A stretch of DNA of 64,000 nucleotides from an uncultured delta proteobacterium (GTDB lineage: Bacteria > Desulfobacterota > Binatia > HRBIN30 > BPIQ01). The stretch lies in contig CAVXGR010000015.1 of assembly GCA_963761335.1 (NCBI GenBank), forward strand, positions 288,001 through 352,000, read 5' to 3'. The position numbers and the translations under genes are program-made. Shown here one piece after another: positions 28,875 to 36,300 of the stretch. The notes under the pieces are model-generated. The model made no database searches and had not been told where the DNA came from. It saw nothing but the letters and a program-made list of their open reading frames with translations. Position 1 is the stretch's first letter. Every line of letters begins with the position of its first letter.

Positions 28875-28890
28875 TGGCACGGGGCCTGCG
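28875..28890 (+). promoter_or_regulatory. Putative sigma54 (-24/-12) promoter divergent from the activator gene
   Basis: TGGCAC-GGGGC-CTGCG with correct spacing, intergenic. Confidence 0.55.
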
Positions 28891-29108
28891 CCACTCCCGG
28901 GGGTCCGCAGGGACCTAGTAGCCATCGACTTCCCCATCTTCCGAGGCCTGATGCCATATTGGGTGTCGGGGGAAAACGGCGTTGTCACGCCAAAGCAGGC
29001 TACTCACCCACGATCTGTCTCTCGCGACCCCTTCTTACCAACAACCAACAACGCAACAACCTAACAACCTTCGGCGGTGCCGTTGGTTCGACTCGTTGGG
29101 CAAGCGGG

Positions 29109-31256
29109 CTACTGGGGCACGAGCCGGCCGCCGTAGCGCAGGACTTCGCCGAGCCAGCGGAAGCCGAGCGAGACCCGCACCTGGATGGCGCCGTCGCACG
29201 CCTGCGCCTCGACCTCGACCTGCGGCGCGATGACGGTTGGCACCGGCGCGCGGAGCAGGGCGGCGCCCACCTGCCGGAAGTGCAGAGCGCCGTCCTCTTC
29301 GACGAGTGCGAAGGTGAACCGCCAGGGGCCGTAGTCCACGGCGAGGTTGTCGCCGTCGGCGCTGTGTTGCGTGATGAGAACCCATCTCCCGAGGACCTGC
29401 ATCCAGTGCTCGCGGCCGCCGGCGGTGACGACCTTCAGTCGGGTGTCGATTTGACCCGAAGCACCGGCGAGCCGCAGGCCCTTGGCCAGCAGGCGCGGCA
29501 GCAGGGTATTGCCGTCCTCCAGTGAGGTCGTGCCGGCGGCGCGGCGCTCGTCTGCTTGCCCCAGAAAGACGCGCAAGCCGGGGGCGAGACGGTTGATCTC
29601 GGCCCCGAGAACCTCGCGGTAGACAGTCGGGACGGGCGTGGTCCACGCCGACCAGGGGGCGCCGCCGGCCTTCTCCGCCTCTCGCAAGGCCCCCAACCGC
29701 CAGTCGCGATGCAGCAGCGGCGGCAACAGCATCTGCTGGGCGCGCCGGCTGGTCTCGGCATCGAGCTTGCGAAACTGTTCCCGAACCGTTCCCCGGTGAC
29801 GGACGGCCGCAAACTTTTCGGCGTTCTTCCACGCCGCTGCCGCCGACTCCATCGGCTCGAAGCCGCTCAGCAACGCCTTCAGCGCCTCGTCGACGTCGAT
29901 TGCCCGCAGGCTGCGACGGTAGCGCATCGCCGTGGATGCGAGCGCCGAATCGACGCAATCGGCAATGATCTTCACCAGCCTCGCGTAATCGGTGCTGTAG
30001 CGATCGGGGTTGCGGCGGTAGAAGCCCTCGCGAAACAGGGCAATCGCCATGTCGTGCACCAGGTGCGCGTTGATGCCGAGGGCCGCGAGCTGCGGGGCGA
30101 CCACGTCGTCGCGTTCCGTCGCCGCCTCGAAGCTGATCAGCCAGCTTGCGGGAACGAGGTCGAGGGTGTGGGCGCGATAGGCTCTGAGGGCATTCAGATA
30201 CAGGTGCGCGCACTGTCTCTGCAGGCTCGCGGCCCAGTTGCGGTTCTCGATTTCGCGGCGGGCAAACGCCTGCTGCAGCTCGACCAGGGTGGCGCGGTAC
30301 ACCGCCGCGTACACGGCCAGCCGATTGCCTTCCCTGTCGAGGTCGTCGATCGTCGCTGCGAGCTCGCGAATCGGCGCGGCGAGGGAAGCGCCGGCTGGAC
30401 CTGCCGCCGCAGGTGCCACTGCCGTTGCCGCGGCGCTGTCGGGTTTCTGGCCGTCGACGCCGCTTCTCACCCACACCGACTCGAGCCATTGCAGCAGCGA
30501 GATCGCGGCCGGCGCCGTGTGATTGATGTTGAGGACCAGGCGGGCCAGAGCGGCGGCCTCACGCTCGACCTCGGCGGGTGTCTTGGTGCCGGCCGCCAGG
30601 CCGACGCCCGATTCCCAGGAGTGCTGGCGGGCGCGCTGCAGAGCGAAGTTGCTCAGCTGCTCGTCGAAGGCGCCACCCATCCGATCGAGGAGATCGATGT
30701 ATGAGCCGTAGCGTTCGCTGAGGTGCTTCTGGACCGGATCGGTGGTGGCGGCGAGGGCGTCATTCACGGCGGTGTGGTCCGCGAGGCGCATCTCGGCCGG
30801 TTCGACGCCGACCTTTGCCAGAGACATCGGCTGATCGTTGTTGATGTGGGCGTTGATTCCCAGCAGGAGGTCTTCGAGAACCACGGTCTGGCGCTGGGTC
30901 GCCGCATCGAAGGCGATGCGCCATGGCTCCGCGATCGCCGGCTTCTGCGGATTGGCGCGATAGCCCGCCAGGGCGATGCGATAGCGGTTGGCGAATTCGA
31001 CGAGATAGCGTTCGAACCAGTCGGCGTCGCGGAAGTAGCGTCTGGGCTCGCTGCCGGCACGGTCCGCGGCGAGCCGCCGTTGCAGCTCCAGGGTGATGAA
31101 CAGGTAGGCGACCACGAAGGTGCCGAGGCGGCCCGGTGGGGTGAGGCTCGCAAAGGCGTGGTCGAGCTCGGTGAAGGCGCGTGCCACGTCGTCCACCGTG
31201 CGATACTCGGTGTCCAGGTCGACGTGCGCGAGCGCCTCCAGATCTCTTGTCGACAT
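29109..31256 (-). CDS. Protein with two tandem DUF5995-like domains and a C-terminal DUF4166-like domain
   Basis: Internal repeat: WRIAFDAA...LLGINAHINND versus WLISFEAA...ALGINAHLVHD; C-terminal VYREVLGAEINRLAP...EHW region; start MSTRDL inferred. Confidence 0.7.
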   Translation of the reverse strand: MSTRDLEALAHVDLDTEYRTVDDVARAFTELDHAFASLTPPGRLGTFVVAYLFITLELQRRLAADRAGSEPRRYFRDADWFERYLVEFANRYRIALAGYRANPQKPAIAEPWRIAFDAATQRQTVVLEDLLLGINAHINNDQPMSLAKVGVEPAEMRLADHTAVNDALAATTDPVQKHLSERYGSYIDLLDRMGGAFDEQLSNFALQRARQHSWESGVGLAAGTKTPAEVEREAAALARLVLNINHTAPAAISLLQWLESVWVRSGVDGQKPDSAAATAVAPAAAGPAGASLAAPIRELAATIDDLDREGNRLAVYAAVYRATLVELQQAFARREIENRNWAASLQRQCAHLYLNALRAYRAHTLDLVPASWLISFEAATERDDVVAPQLAALGINAHLVHDMAIALFREGFYRRNPDRYSTDYARLVKIIADCVDSALASTAMRYRRSLRAIDVDEALKALLSGFEPMESAAAAWKNAEKFAAVRHRGTVREQFRKLDAETSRRAQQMLLPPLLHRDWRLGALREAEKAGGAPWSAWTTPVPTVYREVLGAEINRLAPGLRVFLGQADERRAAGTTSLEDGNTLLPRLLAKGLRLAGASGQIDTRLKVVTAGGREHWMQVLGRWVLITQHSADGDNLAVDYGPWRFTFALVEEDGALHFRQVGAALLRAPVPTVIAPQVEVEAQACDGAIQVRVSLGFRWLGEVLRYGGRLVPQ

Positions 31257-31404
31257 CGCTGTACCTTGCCTTGGTCCCGCCGTTTCGTAGCGGCGGCGGG
31301 TTGTACGCGCAAAGGGAGCCACTTTGCAAGGCGGCGCAGCTCGCCCTTGACCCGCGACGGCAGCTCTGATTAGGGAGCGCCGGCTGATCGGCGGGGGGAC
31401 GCCG

Positions 31405-33018
31405 ATGGGCAGGGAAGAACGTTCAGCGATGAAACCTTCGGCATCGTCCTCGACCAGGCGATCCCGGCGACGCGGTGGTGCGCCGCGGGTGATCGTCATC
31501 GGCGGTGGGCTGGCGGGAATGACGGTTGCCAAGGAGCTCGCCAAGCGCAAGCTCGAGGTGACCATCCTGGAAGCCGGCCCGGCGCTCGGCGGCAAGGCGG
31601 GCTCGAGGCGGCGGGGCGACGCCTGGGAAGATCACGCGTACCACATCTTTCCCGGCTGGTACGGCAACCTGCGAGCGCTGATGCACGAGGTCGGCTGTGA
31701 CCGCAACCTCGTCGATCTGTCCGTGTTCCACACCCTGCGCAAGGGCGACTTCCCGCGTCTGCTCAGCATCCGCGAGGCATCTTCGCTTCCCAACCTGCTG
31801 CGCAACCTGGTCTCCGGATCGCTGCCGGTGCGCGAGAATCTCTTGGCCTATTACTTTCTTCTCGACCTGGCGGCCGCCTCCTTCGACGATCGCGCCTACC
31901 TCGATCGGGTCAGCGCCGCCGGGTTCCTGCGCTCACGCTTCTACGCGATCGAGGCGGCGGCTCTTTCGCTGCACCAGTCGGCGCTGCAGGGCAGCTCGAT
32001 TCCGCTCTACGATCTGTCGGCGATGACGCTGCGCAAGGTGGCGCGACTGTGGGCGATGCGGCCGTCGCCGCTGGTCTCGGTTCTGAACGGTCCCATGCAG
32101 GAGAAGCTCATCGAGCCGTTCCACCGCTACCTCGACAGCCTCGGCGTCGCCGTTCACGCGAATCGACCCGTGGAACGGCTGCGGCTCTCCGGTGGTCGGG
32201 TCGTCGGCCTCGCCATGCGCGGGGGCGTTCGCTGCCCGATCGAGACCGGCGCCGACGACGTCTTCGTGCTCGCCGTGCCGCCCGAGGCGGTCCTCAGACT
32301 GGTCGACGCCGAGCTGATCGAAGCCGAGCTTCAGGGCAGGGACGAGAAGGACGATCGAGTCGGGCTGGCGGACCTGGGCTCGCTGCACAGCGCGCCGATG
32401 GCCGCCCTGCACATCGAGCTCAAGCGGCGGATCCGCGGCATTCCCGCCGAGCCGGTGTTTCTCGAGAGCTCGCGTTACGGCATCAGCTTTCTCGACGTGG
32501 CGCCGCACTGGGGGCTGGAGCGGACGCGATTGCACCTGATCGCCGCCGGCTACGAGAGGCTGCGCTGCCTGCCGCTGGAGGAGGCCCGCCAGCTCATCCT
32601 CGAGGAGCTGCTCGAGTACGTGCCCGCGATCGAGCGCGGCGATCTACCCGAGGATGGCGGCTATCTGCAGGCGCACGTGGAGCAGCCGCTTTTCCTGAAC
32701 ACGGTCGCCGCTTGGCACTATCGCCCGGAGACGACGACCGGAGTGCGCAACCTGTTCGTGGCGGGGGACTACTGCCGCACCCAGGCCGACCTGACGACCA
32801 TGGAGGGCGCGGTGATGTCGGGGCTGAATACCAGCGGGGCGATTCTGACGTCCATGGGCCGGACGACTCGCGTCCGCGCCCGACCGCTTCCGGAGCCGCC
32901 GTGGTTGGCCCTGCAGCTCGCCAAGTATGCGGCCCTGCCCCTGATCGTCCCGCTGACGCTCTGGAATCGGGCCATCTCCCGCCTCAGCGATCTCGGAGGT
33001 GACGGTGCCGCGCACTAG
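31405..33018 (+). CDS. FAD-dependent oxidoreductase, zeta-carotene desaturase/HpnE-like (paralog A)
   Basis: VIGGGLAGMTVAKELA, LGGKAG, EDHAYHIFPGWY, NLFVAGDYCRT, TMEGAVMSG; start may be 31429. Confidence 0.85.
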   Translation: MGREERSAMKPSASSSTRRSRRRGGAPRVIVIGGGLAGMTVAKELAKRKLEVTILEAGPALGGKAGSRRRGDAWEDHAYHIFPGWYGNLRALMHEVGCDRNLVDLSVFHTLRKGDFPRLLSIREASSLPNLLRNLVSGSLPVRENLLAYYFLLDLAAASFDDRAYLDRVSAAGFLRSRFYAIEAAALSLHQSALQGSSIPLYDLSAMTLRKVARLWAMRPSPLVSVLNGPMQEKLIEPFHRYLDSLGVAVHANRPVERLRLSGGRVVGLAMRGGVRCPIETGADDVFVLAVPPEAVLRLVDAELIEAELQGRDEKDDRVGLADLGSLHSAPMAALHIELKRRIRGIPAEPVFLESSRYGISFLDVAPHWGLERTRLHLIAAGYERLRCLPLEEARQLILEELLEYVPAIERGDLPEDGGYLQAHVEQPLFLNTVAAWHYRPETTTGVRNLFVAGDYCRTQADLTTMEGAVMSGLNTSGAILTSMGRTTRVRARPLPEPPWLALQLAKYAALPLIVPLTLWNRAISRLSDLGGDGAAH

Positions 33019-34690
33019 ACGCAACGGAAAGAAGAGGGGCAGGACGCCGGCGCGGCGAAGAGGCGCGGCGCCACAGTCGCGGCGCGTCTTCGTCATCGGT
33101 GGCGGCCTGGCGGGGATGACCGTGGCCAAGGAGCTCGCCGAGCGGGGCCTGCCGGTCTTTCTCATCGAAGGCAGCAAGCGCCTGGGCGGCAAGGCCGGGG
33201 CCGAGAGGTACGGCCAATACGTCGAGGATCACGGCTTTCACGTCTTCCCCGCCTGGTACCTGAACACCCGCGCCCTCCTGTCCGACCTCGCCTGCGACGG
33301 CAACCTGGACGACTTCCACCGGTTTCACTTCCTGAGCCGGGGGGAGTTCCCCCGCTACGTCAGCACCCACGAGTTCAGCTCCCTTGGCGGCTGGCTGCAG
33401 AACCTGTTCACCTCGGTGCTGCCGCGGTCCGAGAACCTGCTGTCGTATTTCGCTCTGCTCGAGCTCGCCTGCGAGCCGTTCTCGCACCGCAGCTTCCTCG
33501 ATCGCGTCAGCGCCAGCGGCTTTCTGCGCTCGCGGCCGTACGCCACGGATTCAATTGCCGCCTACCATCATCAGAGTGTGCTGCAGGCCAGTGCCGTTCC
33601 CGATTCCGAGTTCTCGGCAATGACGCTGCAGAAGGTCATTCGGCTGTGGATGTGGCACCCATCGCCGCTCTACTCGGTGCTCAATACCGACCTGCAGGAC
33701 GGCTTCATCACCCCCTTCAAGAGGCGTTTGTGCATGCGTGGCGTCTCGATCCACACCGACCTGCAGGTGAAGCGGCTCTTGCTCGAGGCGAACCGGGTCA
33801 GCGGCATCGTGACGCAGAAGGGAGCCGACGAGCTGTCGCTGTCCAAAACGATATTGAACCCCGCGGCCGGCGACATCTTCGTCCTGGCCACTCCGCATCA
33901 CGTTAGCTGGGACATTCTGCGCGGCTCGCCGACCTATGCGGAGGATCTCGTCGGAACGCAAAAACATGCGGACGCCGACGGCGAGGCGGGCACCGGCTCG
34001 TCGAGCTCGGAGAGCGGGCTACTCAACGCCGACAACTTCGGCCTCGCCAACCTCGCCAAGCTGCAGAGCGTGCCCATCGTCTCCCTGCACATCCATCTCA
34101 AGCGCCGTCTTGCCAACATTCCTCCCGAGCACATCAACCTGGTCGGCTCGCGCTATGGGATCACGCTCATCGACGTCGGCCAGCACTGGGACGACCTCGA
34201 TCACACGGCTCTCAACTTGAACGCCACCAACTACGCGCCCCTGGCCGGGCTGGCGCAGCACCGCATCGCCGACGTGCTGATCGACGAGCTGCTCGAGTAT
34301 TTCCCGCAGATCACGCGCGCCGACTTCGCGACCGAGCCCTGCCTGCAGACGCACGACCGTCAACCGCTCTTTCTCAACACCACCGGCGCCTGGCAGTATC
34401 GCCCGGTGGCGCGAACCTCCGTGCCCAATCTGTACGTGGCCGGCGACTATTGCCGCACCCAGGTCGACTTCACGACCATGGAGAGCGCCGTGATGTCGGG
34501 CATGCGCACCGCCGGGGCGATCCTGGAAGATCTCGGGCGTCCGGCAATTGCGCCAAAGCCATTGTCGATGCCGCCCCTGGCCCTGCTGTGGGCGCTGCGC
34601 TCCGTGGCCGCGCCGCTGGTGGCGCCGCTGGCGGCCTGGAAATGGGCGGACCGCCAGCTTCGCGAGCTGCGGCAGTCGCCGTGGTGGTGA
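32999..34690 (+). CDS. FAD-dependent oxidoreductase, zeta-carotene desaturase/HpnE-like (paralog B)
   Basis: Same motifs (EDHGFHVFPAWY, NLYVAGDYCRT, TMESAVMSG); overlaps the end of paralog A. Confidence 0.85.
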   Translation: MTVPRTRRNGKKRGRTPARRRGAAPQSRRVFVIGGGLAGMTVAKELAERGLPVFLIEGSKRLGGKAGAERYGQYVEDHGFHVFPAWYLNTRALLSDLACDGNLDDFHRFHFLSRGEFPRYVSTHEFSSLGGWLQNLFTSVLPRSENLLSYFALLELACEPFSHRSFLDRVSASGFLRSRPYATDSIAAYHHQSVLQASAVPDSEFSAMTLQKVIRLWMWHPSPLYSVLNTDLQDGFITPFKRRLCMRGVSIHTDLQVKRLLLEANRVSGIVTQKGADELSLSKTILNPAAGDIFVLATPHHVSWDILRGSPTYAEDLVGTQKHADADGEAGTGSSSSESGLLNADNFGLANLAKLQSVPIVSLHIHLKRRLANIPPEHINLVGSRYGITLIDVGQHWDDLDHTALNLNATNYAPLAGLAQHRIADVLIDELLEYFPQITRADFATEPCLQTHDRQPLFLNTTGAWQYRPVARTSVPNLYVAGDYCRTQVDFTTMESAVMSGMRTAGAILEDLGRPAIAPKPLSMPPLALLWALRSVAAPLVAPLAAWKWADRQLRELRQSPWW

Positions 34691-36300
34691 CGAGGCGGAC
34701 GGTGGCGCGAGCCTCGCAGCCGATTCGGCGCGCCGTGGTCATCGGCGGCGGCCTCGCCGGGATGACCGCCGCCAAGGAGCTGGCGAAGCGCGACGTCCGC
34801 GTCACGCTGCTCGAGGGCAGCCACTACCTCGGCGGCAAGGCGACGGCGCGACCGCTGCGCGGGCATCTCGAGGACCATGGCTTTCACATCTTCGCGCCGT
34901 GGTACGTGAACACCCTGGCGCTTCTCGAGGAGATCGACTGCTCCAGAAATCTCATCCCCATCCGCCAGACGCACTTCCTGCATCGCGGTGACTACCCGCG
35001 CACCCGGCTCATGCGCGAGTGGTCGAGCGTCTGGAATGGGCTGCTCAACGTGGTCGACGGGGCCCTGCCGTGGCACGAAGCGCTGCTCGCTTACTACTTC
35101 GCCATGGACCTGGCGAGCGAGCCGTACCGGCGGCGCGCCTACCTCGATCGCCTCAGCGGCCACGGCTTTTTCCGCTCGCGCTTCTACTACTCCGAGGCGG
35201 CGGCCAACTTTCATCACCAGACCGTTCTGCAGGCGGCCGCCGTTCCCTACTGGAACTGCTCGGCGATGACCTTGCGCCGCCTGTTCAAGGCCTGGCTCAC
35301 GCAGCTGTCGCCGTGCTTCTCGATTCTCGACGGGAACCTCCGCGACCGCTTCATCGAGCCTTTCGCCGAGCGGCTGCGCGCGCTCGGAGTCGAGGTGATC
35401 ACCGATTGTCGCGTGGTGCGGCTCGACACCGAGGGCGGACGCATCCGGCGACTGGTCTGCGCCGGGCGCGAGCGGCAACGGGCACCACAGCTGGACGCGG
35501 GCAGTGCCGTGGTCCTGGCAGTGCCGCATGCCCACGCTTGGCGGCTCATCGACTCGCACCTTCTCGAGACGGAGCACCGGGTGAACGCCGATCGCAGAGA
35601 CCGCAGAGGCGGCCCGGTGCCTCTCGCCGGCCTCGGCGAGCTGATCAGCGCGCCGATGGCGGCGCTGCATCTGCACCTCAATCGGCGCCTCTCGGATCTG
35701 CCCAAGGAGCACGTGAATCTGGTCGACTCGCGATACGGGACGACCCTGGTCGACGTGGCGCCGCACTGGGGATTGGAGCACAGCCGGATTCACCTGATCG
35801 CAGCGAACTTCTACCCGCTGATGCACCTGACCCAGGCGGAGGCGAAGCGCTTCATCGTCGAGGAGCTTGCCGAGTTCGTCACCGAGCTCGATCCCGAGCG
35901 CGACATCGAATCCGGGGTTCTGCAGCCGCACGTGAATGAGCCGCTGTTCCTCAACACCATCGGCGCCTGGGCGGCGCGGCCGGAATCGGTGACGGCCGTC
36001 GACAACCTCTACATGGCGGGCGACTACTGCCGCACCGACGCCGATCTGGCGACCATGGAAAGCGCGGTCGTCTCCGGTCTCAACGCGGCGCAGGCGATCC
36101 TGCGGCGCTGCGGCAAGGCCCCCGAGATCGCTCCGCAACCAATCCCCCGACCGGCACCCGCCCTGCTCGCCGGACTGCGCTACGCGCCGCTGCCGGCGGT
36201 GCTGGCGATCGCTACCGCCAAGCGTTTGCAGTCCGAGGGCGCCGCGTGGCAGGAGCATTGGGAACGGTTCTGGGGGAACGCGCAAGCGAGCGACGTATGA
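34687..36300 (+). CDS. FAD-dependent oxidoreductase, zeta-carotene desaturase/HpnE-like (paralog C)
   Basis: GTGA overlap with paralog B; EDHGFHIFAPWY, NLYMAGDYCRT, TMESAVVSG. Confidence 0.85.
   Translation: MTRRTVARASQPIRRAVVIGGGLAGMTAAKELAKRDVRVTLLEGSHYLGGKATARPLRGHLEDHGFHIFAPWYVNTLALLEEIDCSRNLIPIRQTHFLHRGDYPRTRLMREWSSVWNGLLNVVDGALPWHEALLAYYFAMDLASEPYRRRAYLDRLSGHGFFRSRFYYSEAAANFHHQTVLQAAAVPYWNCSAMTLRRLFKAWLTQLSPCFSILDGNLRDRFIEPFAERLRALGVEVITDCRVVRLDTEGGRIRRLVCAGRERQRAPQLDAGSAVVLAVPHAHAWRLIDSHLLETEHRVNADRRDRRGGPVPLAGLGELISAPMAALHLHLNRRLSDLPKEHVNLVDSRYGTTLVDVAPHWGLEHSRIHLIAANFYPLMHLTQAEAKRFIVEELAEFVTELDPERDIESGVLQPHVNEPLFLNTIGAWAARPESVTAVDNLYMAGDYCRTDADLATMESAVVSGLNAAQAILRRCGKAPEIAPQPIPRPAPALLAGLRYAPLPAVLAIATAKRLQSEGAAWQEHWERFWGNAQASDV

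Noticed and set aside
31313..31327. Sigma54 motif AGGGAG-CCACT-TTGC upstream of the three-oxidoreductase operon
   Set aside because: Spacing is right but the -24 element matches poorly; too weak to call without PWM scoring.
31405..34740. Twin-arginine (Tat) signals on the oxidoreductases
   Set aside because: The RR pairs are followed directly by the Rossmann beta strand, with no RRxFLK consensus, h-region or cleavage site.
14042..36300. Calling the block a standard carotenoid (crt) or hopanoid (hpn) cluster
   Set aside because: No phytoene/squalene synthase, cyclase or prenyltransferase is in the window; the flavoproteins are only family-level relatives, so no gene symbols were assigned.
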